From the human T2T-CHM13v2.0 reference genome, Homo sapiens, in NCBI RefSeq assembly GCF_009914755.1, contig NC_060932.1: a stretch of DNA of 64,000 nucleotides. One strand, 5' to 3'. A model generated the notes under the pieces. That model worked only from the letters and a program-made list of their open reading frames with translations, did no database searches and had not been told where the DNA came from. Positions 1 through 14,655 of this stretch are shown piece by piece. The translations under genes and the position numbers were made by a program. Within the stretch, counting starts at the first letter, position 1. Every line of letters begins with the position of its first letter.

Positions 1-1860
1 GACACTTGAAAAGTACATTTATTTTGTTTTTGGATAGAGTGTTCTATAAATGCTGATGAGATTCTGTTGAATAATAACGTTGAGTTCTTCCATATTCTTG
101 ATGATTTTCCGTCTAGTTCTATCCAGTATTGAGACAGCAGTGTTTTAAGTCTCCAAATATATATGTAGATATCTCTATTTCTCATTCCAGTTTTACCACT
201 TTTTGCTTCACATTTTATAGCTCTGTTGCTTATAACTTATTTGTAATTGCTACATCTTTACGGTGGACTGGCTCTTTATTATTATATAATGTCCCTCTCT
301 GTTTCTGGAAGTTCTTGTGGCTCTGAAGTTTACTTTACTTTATCAATAATAATATGGCAATTCATGCTTTCTTTTGATTGGTTGCATGACATATATTTTC
401 CATCTTTTTACTTTAATCTCGCCTATGTAATTTTTTTTGAAATTAGTTTCCTATAAAGCACACAGAGTTGGAGATGTTTTAAAATCGACTTTGGCAATTG
501 TCGTCTTTTAACTGGAACACTTTACACCATTTAGTCAAATTATTGATATATCAGGACATAAGTCTGCCATTTTGTTTTTTGGTGTATTGTATGTCTCCTC
601 TTTCCTGACTTCTTTGGGGTTACACATTTTTTTTAGAATTGTATATTTAGTCACATTGAGTAGATTCCTTTGTATAGTTTTTTTTAGCAGTTCCTTTACG
701 TATACATAATGTATGTGGTCTAACAGTTATTATTTTATAAGTACAAGAGAGTATAGAAACATTACCTCCCTCTGTATCCCTTTACCTTCCTTCATTTATA
801 ATGTAACAGTTCTAACTAATTCCTCCACATACTTTTAGAACCACAGACAGTTTTATGGTTCCTGCTTCAATAATCAACTTAGAAAACTCAAGAGAGTCTA
901 TTTACTCATATTTTTGCTTGTAATAACCTTCCTTCTTGCTTAAGTTTTCTTTCTGATTAGATAGCTTTCTGAAGGCATTCATTTAGAGTAGATCTACTGG
1001 CAACAAATTCTCTTATTTTCCATCATCTAAAAATGTCTTCATTTACCCTTCATTCTGGAGGGATATATCCACTAAGTATATGGTTCTGAGTTGACAATTA
1101 CTTTATTTCAGCACTTGAAAAATAGTGTGCTTTATCCTTTTGGCCTCCATGCTGATGAGAAATCTGCTGACATTCACATTGTTTTTCCCTTATGGATAAG
1201 ATATTTATTTTTAGGCTCTGTCATAATGTTTTCTCCATCTTTGTGAAGATTAATTTTGATTTTTCTTGAAGTGGATTTCTTAGGTGTTTTATTTTTTCCT
1301 CTTCGATATTTCCTTGTCATACTGAATCTCAGAGTTTTTGCCTCTTACCAAAATGTGATAAACTTTTAGCCATTAAATCTTTGAGTACTTTTTCAATCTT
1401 TCCCTCTTTCTTATCTCCTTCTAGAACTCTGGTGATACAAATATCAGATATTATATTATAATCCTAAAGGTCTTTGAGTCTCTGTTCATTTTTTCTAGTT
1501 TATTTTCTTGATGTTGTTCAATTAGATAATTTCTATTGTTCTGTATTTTAGTATACTGATTCTTTTCTGTCTCCTCCATTATTAGGCTGTTGAGCCCATT
1601 TGCACATCTTTATATTTCATTGGCTATATTTTTTAGTTCTAAAATTTCCCTTTAGTTCTTTATATTGTCTGCATCTTTGTTGAAGCTTTTTTTAGCTGAG
1701 GTTTTCTATTTTTCCATGTGTTTCAAGCATGTTCATAATGTCTCATTGAAGCATTTTTTATTATGGCTTCTTTAAAATCTTTGTTGGGCAATTCTAATAT
1801 CTCTGTCATCTTGGTGTTGACATTTGTCCACAGTCTACTTTCATTTAATTTTAAATTATG
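1..1860 (-). mobile_element. Old L1 (L1M, L1MC/MD-like) fragment, ORF2 endonuclease into ORF1, antisense
   Basis: T-rich antisense L1 motifs (ggatagagtgttctataaatg, ctggcaacaaattctc, ctgatgagaaatctgct); resembles the reverse of the L1 at 22.9-24 kb; no intact ORF. Confidence 0.8.
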
Positions 1861-1861
1861 A

Positions 1862-2880
1862 TTCTTTTCTTTAGATTTTATTTAATTTCAATAGTTTTTG
1901 GTTACAGGGATAAGTTTGAGGTTTAGATGCACTTGTCACCCGAGCAGTATACACTGTACCCACTGTATAGTCCTTTATCCATCTGAATCCCCAAAGTTCA
2001 TTATATTATTCTAATGCCTTTGCATCGTCATAGCTTAGCTCCCACTTATAAGTGAGTACATACGATGTTTGGTTTTACATTCCCAAGTTACTTTACTTAG
2101 AATAACAGTCTCCAACTCTATCCAGGTTGCTGCAAATATTATTTTGTCCTTTTTATGGCCGAGTAGTATTCCATGGTGTGTATATACCACATTTTCTTTA
2201 TCCACTCTTTAGTCGATGAGCATTCAAGCTGGTGTCATATTTTTGCAATTGCAAATTGTGCTGCTATAAAGATGAGTGAGCAAGTGGTCTTTTCCATATG
2301 ATGATTTTTTTTTTTCCTTTGGGTAGATACCCACTTAGTGGCATTGCTGAATTGAATGGTAGTGCTACTTTTAGTTCTTTAAGGAATCTTCATACCATTT
2401 TCCATAGTGGTTGTACCAGTTTACATTCCCACCAGCAGTGTGAAACTGTTGTCTTTTCACCACATCCATGCCAATATCTATTATTTTTTGTTTTTTTAAA
2501 TTATGGCCATTCTTGTGGGGGTAATGTGCCAAATTAAAATTGTGGTTTTAATTTGCATGTCACTGATAATTAGTGATGTTGAGCATTTTTTCATAAGTTT
2601 GTTAGCTGTTTGCATATCTTCTTTTGAGAACGGTCTATTTATGTCCTTTGCCTACTTTTTGATGAGATTGTTTTTTCCTTGCTAATTTGAGTTCTTTGTA
2701 GATTCTAGTACTTTGTCCGATGCTTAGTTTGTGAATATTTTCTCCTGCTGTGTGAGTTGTCGGTTATTTCTTTTGCACTGCAGTAGCTTTTTAGTTAGGT
2801 CTCATCTATTATTGTTGCATTTGCTTTTGAGTTCTTGGTCATGAAGTCTTTGCCTAAGCCAATGTCTGGAAGGACTTTTC
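1862..2880 (-). mobile_element. 5'-truncated L1PB 3' end
   Basis: T-rich tail, then gcacttgtcacccgagcagtatacactgtacc and catagcttagctcccacttataagtgag (L1PB 3' UTR); ORF2 C-terminal motifs (DIGLGKDFMTK in minus ORF 2795-2977). Confidence 0.85.
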
Positions 2881-3300
2881 CCTTCTCCCTCAGGGTGAGG
2901 TGAGGTGTTCGCATTTGCAGTGGCCTACTACTATTTGGGAGGGGATCATGCACAGTGTGTTTACTGGAGTTGTACACATGCTCACTTGAGGCGTTCTTCC
3001 TTCACTGGTCCTTCCCTTACCAGTCAGATGTCTCTAGGAGTCATATACCAATTAAACTCCACCATTTTGCCTCTTAATGTGCATGTGTGAGCCCCCTCAC
3101 CACCTCCTGAGATCTTAGCAGGAAGCTGCTGGTCACATTTCAGGTGTTTCTATCTATTGGGAGACTGCCTTTCTCTGGGCACTGGCTGGGACCAATTATT
3201 TTAGAGAGACAGTATAACAACTGCCTGACCATCATTTGATGGTCACCTGACATTCCTGGTGGGGAGCCCCCTGCTCATGTCTAACTAACTATCTGTAACA
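2881..3300 (-). mobile_element. ERV1 solo-LTR fragment, MER66-like (5' part only)
   Basis: Reverse strand begins TGTTACAG at 3300; matches recalled MER66-type motifs (ccaggaatgtcagg, cagtctcccaatagatag, taagaggcaaaatgg); 3' part absent. Confidence 0.6.
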
Positions 3301-3979
3301 TAATGAAACTCTGATTCTTAAACCCCTTGTACCCTAACACAATGTTTATACTTGATAATCTCCAAAAGTTTCATTTCATGAAATTGGGCATATGCACCTG
3401 GGGCAGAACCAAGTTGAAGGCATAGTATCTAATGAGATCACTAGGAACTAGGATAAAAATTGTCCTTTATCAGAGTATGTTTTTTAATTGAGCAGAGGGT
3501 GTGATTATTTATTCTTTACCTGGTAGCATTTAATCACCTGGCAAGTCAAAATTATTTGACTTTTAACCTCATCTTCAGGTAAGTACTTTTGGTGAAAATC
3601 TTAATAAGTAGTTAAATGGCCAAAATCTGTGCAACAAGGAAGAAAAAGAGCCAATTTATAAAACTTTAAGTAACCTAGAATTGGCTGTAACTCAAAAATA
3701 TAATCTAAGGATCGAAGTTAAATTTTATATAGCTTTCAGCAAAAGAGTATTCTTATTTATAAATATACTTTCTACTTTTGTTCAGTGATAATCTTTCCCA
3801 CTGAAAAAATCAATGTGTGCTGATTTTTTTTTTTCAGATAATATGGTTCACCAAAGCCTTTGGCATTTTCTATGCTATTTCTTATACCTAAGCTTCCTAC
3901 TGTTGTCCACCAAATAAATTGGCCCTTCTGTTTATTCTTCTTCAGAATGAATGCTTTATTTCAAGCTAATTTTCACCAA

Positions 3980-4225
3980 CATTTTATTGAACATTTACTT
4001 CATGCCAGTCTTCATACCAAGTTACATACATACACAATTTCATTGAAAAGCTTCATGAGATTCTATGAGGTTAGTTTACTATTCTCTTTAATAAATGAAG
4101 AAATTAGGCCATCAAGACTTAAGTAACATTCATAAAGCTACATCTCTGATGAGTAAGAGAATGGGGATTCAAATCCAGGTCTCTCTGACTTCAGAAACTG
4201 TAGTCACAACCACTAGGTGATGCTA
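3980..4225 (-). mobile_element. MIR SINE
   Basis: Antisense MIR core: ataaatgaagaaattaggcc...aagtaac...ggattcaaatccaggtctctctgacttcaga. Confidence 0.75.
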
Positions 4226-6098
4226 TCCCCATTCTTCTGTATGTATGTAGCCTTACATTCTCTACCCCAGGTCTCATTCAAACTTTAAGCTATGTAACTT
4301 TTACTCTACATGTTTTTATTGCACTGCCATTTGAATATTTCATTTTCAAACTTCTCTATAGCTTTTTTTCCCTCATTTTATTTCCCATATTTCTGAGCCC
4401 TTTAAAAACAAATTATGTCTATGCATTTCTCATTGGCCTATTATAAGGCTCACCATGCAAGACCTGCTGCCACCACTACTGGCACCTGCACACACTTCCC
4501 AGGGGCCCATGGACTCGCTGATCCATGGCCTATCACTGCCACTTCTGGCAACCCTACCCCATCCTGTAGCAGAGGGGCTGTACACCTACATATTCCCCCC
4601 AGAAGCCACAAAACCAGCCTTTTCTGCATTCTTATTCCAAGGAAAGCCATGCCACAGCCTTCACAAACAACAGTAGCCTAGGCCACTGAGAGACTCACAG
4701 ACAACACTCACATTCATTACAGCCCAAGAAATTCAGAGACTGTATCACTGTGCCCAGCAAGAAACAAAACCGAAGCACCCTACCCAACTGACACTTACAG
4801 ATACATCAAAAGGAAAAAGTAATTTCCTACAAAAGCTCCTCTATACAATTGGAAGACATAACTGTTTTATCAAATGCATAAAGCAAGAAAACATGACACC
4901 TTCAAAGGAACACAATAATTCTTTAGTAGTTGACCCAAATGAAAAAAAGTTATGAAATACCTGAAGAAGATTCAAAATAAGGATTTTAAGGAAATCCAGC
5001 AGGAAGCAAGAGAACATAGATGGATAGCTTAATAAAATTAGGAAAACATTTTATGATCTGAATGAGAAATTGAATCAATTAATACAAATATAATTGAAAC
5101 CTTCAACAATAGACTAGATCAAGTAGATAAAAGAATTTTTGAACTTGAAGAAAAATCTCTGGAAATAACCCAGTCAGATGAATAAAAAGGTATGGAGAAA
5201 GTCTATGTGATGTATGGGAAACCATTAAGTGAAAAAAAAAGTTGCATTTTAAGAGTTCCAGAAGAAGATATGAGAAATGACATAGAAAACATAATGAAAT
5301 TATAGGTGAAAATTTCCCAAGTCTTGGAAGCAATATAGACATCCAGATAAAGGAAGCTCAAAGATCCATAAGTAGGGTCAATTCAAAAAGGTCCTCTTTG
5401 AGATGTGTTACAGTCAAACGTAAAGCAGAATTCTAAAAAACACCAAGAGAAAAGCATCAAGTCACATATAATGGAATCCCCATCAGACTCACGAAGGTTT
5501 TCTCAGCAGAAACAAATGGGACAATATATTTTAATTGCAAAGAGAAAAATAACTGCCAGGCAACAATACCATATTTAGCAAAGCAATCTTTCAGGAAAAA
5601 AGAAGACAAAGTCTGTCCCAGACAAGCAAAATTGAAGGAATTTATCGCCACTAGACCAACCCTACAAGAAAATTTTAAAATAGTCCTATATGTAGAAGTG
5701 AAGAGACCATATCTACCGTTATGAAAATAAACCAAAGTATAAAACTCACTTGTAGAGCAGATACATAAATGACAAAAAAGAATCAAAAGTTTTCACTATT
5801 GAAAAACCACAAGGATAAACTATAAGACAAAGGAATAAATTTTTAAAAGAACCAGAAAACTATTAACAAAATGATAGGAGTAAGTCCTTGCCTGTCAATA
5901 ACAATTTTGGCTACAGATGGTATACATTTCTCAATGAAAAGATATAGATTGGATAAATGGATAAGAAACAGCCATCTATATGTTGTCTACAAGAAACTCA
6001 TTTCACCTATAAAGACACATATAGACTGAAAGTGAAGGAATAGAATATTACATGCAAATGAAAACCAAAAACATGTAGGTGTAGCTATACTTACATCA

Positions 6099-6438
<340 letters not shown>

Positions 6439-6439
<1 letters not shown>

Positions 6440-6468
6440 CACACACACACACACTCACACACACACAC
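6439..6468. repeat. (CA)n microsatellite
   Basis: acacacacacacactcacacacacacac directly after the Alu tail. Confidence 0.9.
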
Positions 6469-6643
6469 AAAGAATGTCATCATTATATAATGATAAAAAG
6501 ATAAATTCAGCAAGAGGATACCGCAGTTGTAAATATATATACACCTAACACTAGAGCAGCCCAACAAGAAGCAACAAGATTGAATGAGTAATAAATATTT
6601 CCCAACAAAGAAAATTACATGACCTGATGGCTTCACTGCTGAA

Positions 6644-7868
6644 ATATAGCAGAAAACTGAAACTGGACCCCTTCCTTATACCTTATACAAAAATTAACTC
6701 AAGATGGATTAAAGACTTAAATGTAAGACCTAAAACCATAAAAACCCTAGAAGAAAACCTAGGCAATACCATTCAGGACATAGGCATGGGCAAAGACTTC
6801 ATGACTAAAACACCAAAAACAATGGCAACAAAAGCCAAAATAGACAAATGGGATCTAATTAAACTAAAGAGCATCTGCACAGCAAAATAAACTATCATCA
6901 GAGTGAACAGGCAACCTACAGAATGTGAGAAAATGTTTTCAGTCTATCCATCTGACAAAGGGCTAATATCCAGAATCTACCAAGAACTTAAACAAATTTA
7001 CAAGAATTTACAAGAAAACAAACAACCCCATCAAAAAGTGGGCAAAGGATATGAACAGACACTTCTCAAAAGAAGACATTTATGCAGCCAACAGAAATAT
7101 GAAAAAAAGGTAATCATCACTGGTCATTGGAGAAATGCAAATCAAAACCACAGTGAGATACCATCTCATGCCAGTTAGAATGGTGATTATTAAAAAGTTA
7201 GGAAACAACTGATGCTGGAGAGTATGTAGAGAAATAGGAACACTTTTTTACACTGTTGGTAGGAGTGTAAATTCATTTGGCTATTGTGGAATACAGTGTG
7301 TCAATTCCTCAAGGATCTAGAACCAGATATACCATTTGACCCAGCAATCCCATTACTGGGTATATGCCCAAAGGATTATAAATCATTCTATAAAGACACA
7401 TGCACACACATGTTTATTGCAACACTATTCACAATAGCAAAGACTTGGAACCAACCCAAATGCCCATCAATGATAGACTGGATAAAGAAAATGTGGCACA
7501 TATACACCATGGAATACTACACAGACATAAAAAAGGAAAAGATCATGTTCTTTTGCAGGGACATGGATGAAGCTGGAAACTGTCATTCTCAGCAGACTAA
7601 CAAAGGAACAGAAAACCAAATACCACATGTTCTCACTCATAAGTGGGAGTTGAACAAGGAGAACACATGGACACAGGGCACAGGGAGGGGAACATCACAC
7701 ACTGGGTCCTGTCACGGGGTGGGGGTCTTGGGGAGGGATAGCATTAGGAGAAATACCTAATGTAGATGACGGGTTGATGGGTGCAGCAAACCACCCTGTC
7801 ATGTGTATACCTATGTAACAAACCTGCACATTCTGTACATGTATCCCAGAACTTAAGAAAGAAAAAAA
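6644..7868 (+). mobile_element. 5'-truncated L1PA (about L1PA7/8) ORF2 C-terminus and 3' UTR
   Basis: ORF fragments [21 protein letters not shown] and [10 protein letters not shown]; 3' UTR gcattaggagaaatacctaatgtagatgacggg; A-rich tail. Confidence 0.9.
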
Positions 7869-8463
7869 CTAGATGAGGACAACAAAAACAACAATAACTA
7901 CAGGCTAATATCTCTGATAAACATAGGTGCAAAAACCCTGAACAAAATACTAGCAAGCCAAATCCAACCGCATCACAAAGATAATACAGCGTGATCAAGC
8001 AGGATTTATCCCAGAGCTGGAAAGGTAGTTCAAAATACCTGTATCTATAAAAGTGATGCATCATATCAATAGAACGAAGAAAACTATATAACCATCTACA
8101 TAGACACAGAAAAGGCATTTGGTAAAATTCAACATCCCTATATAAGAAAAACAATCCACAAATTTGCCATAGATGGAACAAACCTCAACATAAAAAAAGG
8201 CCATATGTGACAAACCCACAGCTAACCTAATACTGAATGGGAAAAAGCTGAAGGCTTTTTCTCTAACAACCAGAACAAGACAAGGATGCCTACTTTCACC
8301 ATTCCTACTCACTGTATTATAGGAATTCTTAGCCAGAGCAATTAGACAAGAAAAAGAAATAAAGGGCATTCAAATTGGAAAAGAGGAAGTCAAATTGTCC
8401 TTCTTTATAGATGACATGATCTTATATGTCGAAACACCTAAAGACTCCCCAAAAAAACTCTTA

Positions 8464-8747
<284 letters not shown>

Positions 8748-11178
8748 CTATAACATAATAGCTGAAAAAGAAATTAATAGAGCAATCCTGTTTATAATAG
8801 CTAAAGAGACAAAAAAATCAAGGAGGTAAGAAATCTCTACAAGGAAAACTCAAAAACACTGATAAAAGAAATTAAAGAGGTCACACATGCACAAATAGGA
8901 AGACATTCCACGCTCATGGATTATAAGAATATTGTTAAAATAACCACATTTCCCAAAGGAATCTATGGATTCAGTGCATTCCTATCAAAATATCAATGAC
9001 ATCATTTACAGAAACAGAAAACACAATCCTAAAATTTGTATGGAACCACAAAAGGCCCTGATGAGCCACAGCAATCCTGAGCAAAAAGAACAAAGCTGGA
9101 AGTGTCACACCATCTGAGTTCAAAATATACTATGAGGCTATAGTAACCAAAACAGCATGGGACTGATATAAAAAAGGACATATAGACAAATGGAATACAG
9201 AACTCAGAAATAAATCCCTATACTTAGAGCCAACTGAATTTTGACAAAGATATCAAGAACTTACATTGGAGAAAGGAAACTATCTTCAATAAATGGTGCT
9301 GGGAAAACTGGATACCCATATGCAGAAGAATACTAGACTCCTATCTCTCACCATTTACAAAAATAAACTCAAAATGATTAAAGACTTAAATGTATCACTG
9401 AAAATTAGGCAGTAGGCTAGGCATTGATTTTATGGCTAAGACTTCAGAAACACAGGCAACAAAAGCAAAAATAGACAAATGGAATGATGTCAAACCAAGG
9501 TTTCTGCATAGCAAACAGTTAACGAAGTGAAGAGACAACCTGTAGAATGGGAGAAAATATTTGCAAACATTATCCAGCCAGGAACTAATATTCAGATTAT
9601 AAAAGGAACTCAACAGCAACAAAATCAAATAATATGATTTTAAAATGGGCAAAAGAGCTGAATAGACATTTCCCAAATAAGACATACAAATTGTCAAGAA
9701 GTAAATGAAAAAAAAATGCACAACATCACTAATCATAAGGGAAATGCAAATCAAAACCACACAATGAGGTATCATCTCACTCCAGTTAGAATGGCTATGA
9801 TCAAAAAGACAAAAAAAAAAAATGCTCATGAGGATTCAGAGAAAGGAAGCTCTTATATATTGTTGTTGGAAATGTATCAGTACAGCCATTATGAGAAACA
9901 GTATGGAAGTTCCTCAAAGAACCAAAAACAGAACTACCTTATGATCCAGCAATCCCACTGCTGGTTATTTATCCAAAGGTAAGGAAATCAATATATCTAA
10001 GGTATGTCTCAACCTCCTTGTTTCATTGCAACACTATTCACAATGGAAACTATATTAAATCAAGCTACCTGTCCATCAACAGGTGGGTGGACAAAAAAAA
10101 TGTGGTACATGTACACATGGATGAGCCTGGAGGACATTATGTTAAGTGAAATAAGCACAGAAAGATAAATATTTCACATTCTCACTCACATGTGGAAGCT
10201 AAAAAATGTTGAGCTTATCGAAATATAATTATGGTTGTCAGAAGCTTGGAAGGGGAGGGGACGATAGAAAAGGTTGGTTAGTAGATATAAAATTACAGCT
10301 AGATAGGAGGAATAAGTTCTAGTGTTCTACAGCACTGTGGGATGACTATAGTTAACAATAGTTTTGTGTATTTTCAGATAGTTACAAGATAGGATTTTGA
10401 ATGCTCCCAACACGAAGAAAGAATAAATGTTTCATGTGATGGATATGCAATTACCTTGATTTGATCATTACACATTTTATACATGTATCAAAATATCACT
10501 GTATCACATAAATATGTACATTATGTGTCAACTAAAAATAATTAAGGCTCACAACTCCAGGAAGTTCCACAGGAGTTCCGCTAGAAAGCAGAGCTTCCAC
10601 ACTACTGTGGATATTCTTTGAAAGCCTCAGAACTCTCCAGGAATTGAGAGGTTTTCTTAGATATGGTCCTAGATAAGATTTTCAGGGATACCCCAGTAAG
10701 AAACAAAGCCTTCAAATGATGCTGTTTGTGATGCGGTGGCAGGCCTGGGTATATCCAAAGACATTTCTCTAAAATTTTGAGAGATTTTCTCCCCTGACAT
10801 ACATCTCTTGTTAGCAAAAGACATTGCATTGAATTCTTACTTGAGGACATAGATGGCCTTGGGGACCATCTGTTCAAAGTTTTCTGGATTTCATGCCAAC
10901 TTGTGTGAAATCCAAAACAAGCACTGTGTCTACCAAAGGTAAATCATTAAGCCTGGAACAGCCAGCAGGAGACCTGAATTCTTTTCTTGGCTACTTTCAA
11001 AAATAGTTGACTATACCACAGGCAATTTTTTTTCAGCACCCTGCAATTCAGAACCTCATGTCAAAAAGCACATTACTTTTGGCAATTAACTGATTTCACA
11101 TTATAATGCAATTCAAAATTTATTATAGTCAAGTATTCTGGTTATGTCAGTGGTGGTAACTGATAAGCTATGTTATCT

Positions 11179-11346
11179 ATTCTTTTTAAAGATGGGGTTG
11201 TGCTATGTTGCTCAAACTGGAGTGCAGTGGCTATTCATAGGCATGATCAAAGCACACTATAGCCTCAAACTCCTAGGCTCAAAGGATCCTCCTACCCTAG
11301 CCTCCTGAGTTACTGGGGCTACAGACATGTGTCACCATGCCTGGCT
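11179..11346 (-). mobile_element. FAM (fossil Alu monomer)
   Basis: Single monomer with 7SL-like gcctatgaatagccactgcac (reverse strand); TSD aagc(t/c)atgttatct at 11165-11178 and 11347-11360. Confidence 0.85.
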
Positions 11347-13974
11347 AAGCCATGTTATCTCAAATGGACATTTTCACATTACTACACCAGTAATCCACTA
11401 ATTGTGCCATTTGTCAGTCATGGAGAAGCTGCTGTGTGTGTGTGGACTTAGACCACCCACTGTTTGAGGCACAGGGCAGCTTTTATTTTCTTTTTGCAGA
11501 CAAATTTCTCTAGCCAGACTGGACTTTGGCCAAGGAGGCACTGTCTAGTGTCTTCCCTGCATAAAATTCTTGTATTTTTGATGTGAAGTAGTCTTTGTGC
11601 TGCTATCATCACTGTGATACTGATGGAGGTCAGAGGGGATGGACAGCTTGTGGACTGAGAGCCACAGAAGGCTGTCCTTTAACACAAGCTCCTTCATTCT
11701 GCCAAGCAGACCTCCGTAGGGAGTTGCTAGGCCATCCAAGGTTCAGCTGTACTGACATGGAACTGGAAACTGGACAAGAAATGGAAATATACTGTGACTT
11801 CCTCTCTCTTCTTCTTCTATGTTTGCCAAATAGCAGTTTAGCTTTGATATCAGGAACACAAATGAGGCTGAGGGAAAGAGGAGGTGTTTGTGGGTCTTTG
11901 TCCTCATTTTTCCATTCCTACTCACCTTCAGCCACTGCCATAGTTCCATGGAACATCTGTTTCCAGGTAACCTGACAGAACATGGGAATAGCACCTTTGG
12001 AGTTCATCTGTTTGGGGCCCCTCTGAAATGTTTCCACAGAGTCACATCTTTTTTTCCAACAAAATGTTTTTCCTTCCTAATTTACTTCTCCCTTCAGTTT
12101 GCTATTGGAACCAGGGACAATGATAATTTCGTTGAAATTGAATCAATTGGAAAGCACTGGAAAGAAGTGTGGTTTAAAATCTCAGGTTGGGTTTCTTGGA
12201 ATTCTGAGCCAAGTCCCTTTCCCAGTTGCTCACAGGAAGTTTCGACTGATGTCATTGGAGAGAGTGTGTGTGTCTCTGTGTGTGTGTGTATGTTTACATC
12301 ACAGTACAGCCTTAAGGATGCAGAAAAAATCCTTTCTTTCAGTTCATGTCTAATGACTGTATCACTCTTCATGCCTAGCTAATATTTGAAACCTCATGAT
12401 GCTGACGAACCAGGCAACCATTCCTGTCTCAGATTGAGAGTCCCATTAAAGAGTAGCCATTTATGGGGGAAATCAGAGATTTTTGTTTCACTCAATGTTT
12501 CACAGACATAAACCTTTCCAAAATTCTCCTTCCCACTTCGAAGATGCATATTTAGATCAAGATGATACTCGATATTAATTCAGAAGAAATTATTTATTCA
12601 TGCCTTACAGTTTTTCACTTCAAGTTCTAAGAGAAATTGATAGTCACTCTCATCTAAGGAGACAAAAATTATTTGTCATATGACAAAAACAGCACTTGAT
12701 GTGTTAAAAGGGGCCAAACCATGTGCAGTGAGCACAATCCCACGATGCTGCATCAAGTTTCTGGTAGAGGAGCATTATGCTGGTAATGCAACATTTGTGG
12801 CTTGGCTGAAATCCACAGGCACCGTGCACCTGAACAACAAGGCACTCTTCATTTCACTTCCTTTCCTTTAACCAAGTTCAACTCCATTTTGCTTCACCCC
12901 AAACAAACTAGTATTTTATGACAGGAAAATATACAAAGGTCCATGTTTTTCTAACTTCTTCTGAGCCCCTTTTCACAGCCTGTCCTTTACTTTGCCTTCT
13001 TTTGACACAACAGTGGTAAATTATCCAAATAATGTCTTCAAGGATGTGATGAGAGACCGTGTTTAAGGGAAGCAAATCAGTATGATCTGTCTCTATCATA
13101 TACTCTAGTTCTTTTCTTCTTCCTTTTGTCTGTTTTCCTTGGGGAAAATTAAACTATTTTCTTCCTGGGCTCACTTTTGTATTTTCCATACAATGTTTGG
13201 CAGGCTCCCCAATGACTTTCCTTTTCCCATCCAGACAAGATAGAGACTAATTCCAAAGCTGTGGCCCTGCTTTTCATCCTTTAAATGCAGTGTGAAACAT
13301 AGGACTGATCCTCTAAATTTAATGACTGCTCTTGTTGGATTAAAAAAATCTAATTCGACAGTATTGGCCCTTAGCTTGCCACGAACCTTTCTCACTCCCC
13401 GTGGTCCTCTGTAGTTTCTGAAGTATTGGCTTCTGCTTCCTCCCACCACCAAAAACTATCCCACAAAATTTTAAAAGCCTGAGCAGCTTCCTAGTTCAAA
13501 ACCAGTCATAAAACCCAGTATTCAGAGTTGTGCTTCTAGTTGGACAATGTGTGGCTTTTGAACTCTGATTTACATCCAGATTTTAGTGCATATTAACCAT
13601 TGTTTTTCTCTGTCTTACATGGTAGGGTTTTTTGTAGAGTGTATCCAACTCAATCTTGCTGGTTTCCCTCCCACCCTCCTTTCCTTTAACCAACAAATTT
13701 CCCCAGTCCCCAGATACATAAAATTGGGAACTTGCTCATTGATCAGAAAATCAGTACTTGCTTCATAGTTTCTCTCTCTCATTTTAGAAGACTTTGATTT
13801 CCTCTTCTGGCATCTTTCTATCTCCTCACTCTATGTCAACAGAGGTGAACCTAGAGTAGAATATAAGGAGTTTCCAGTGTCTGGTCAAGATTTTTTCCAG
13901 GACTGGTCATTTTCCTGGCATTACCAACCACCTCAGGAGGCAGTGGCTCCTTAATTCTGGGCTGTGAAAAAGAT

Positions 13975-14075
13975 ATGCTCCATGAATGCAGGAATTTTAT
14001 CTGCTTTCCTTATAGCATGTAGAACAGTGCCTGGCACCTAGTAGGTTCTTAATAAACATTATATGAATTAATGCA
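13975..14075 (+). mobile_element. L2 3' end
   Basis: gctccatgaatgcagg...agaacagtgcctggcacctagtagg...aataaacattatatgaattaatg. Confidence 0.75.
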
Positions 14076-14655
14076 TACAATCCTGATGAATTGGAGAGTT
14101 TTTAATTCAAATAATAGTTCATCATTTTTAAGATATATCATGAAAATATCTGAAGGCGTTTTCATGCTTCAATATTTGATATTTTAAGTGTTCCCATTTT
14201 CACCATGAACTCAGATTAAAAACAAACAAATGTATTTCGGCTCAGTCAGGTGAGGAACAGATACTTCTGGAAGAGCCTTTATGATGGCTGCCCAAGGACA
14301 TTCCTAAGTTTTACTTAAACATGTGTTGGCTGGAGATGGCAGTACTGGTAAAACTATATTTGGGAAATGTTAATGTCATTTGAATGGTGAATTTGAGAAG
14401 CATATAGTCACTTTAGTTATTGAGGTCCATCACCTGTGTTTCCTACCAACACTAGACCTTTTAAATTCAATGTACCAAACATACACTTGGTGGCCTGATA
14501 AATGGCTGTTGTATCCAAGTCCAGTGTACCATTATCATGTCTGATATAACATCAAGACTTATAAGTATGTATCTAATTGGCACTGAGGTCAGATGGCAGT
14601 ATATGGAAACATCCCATCACATTGTGTGGCAATGCAATGACACCGGAGTTAGGCA

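Noticed and set aside
3570-3840. Donor-like caggtaagt and acceptor-like ttttcag
   Set aside because: Isolated splice-like motifs without an ORF or transcript evidence
11595-12382. Overlapping 126- and 164-aa ORFs in unique DNA
   Set aside because: Non-ATG starts, no recognisable domain, one runs through a TG repeat
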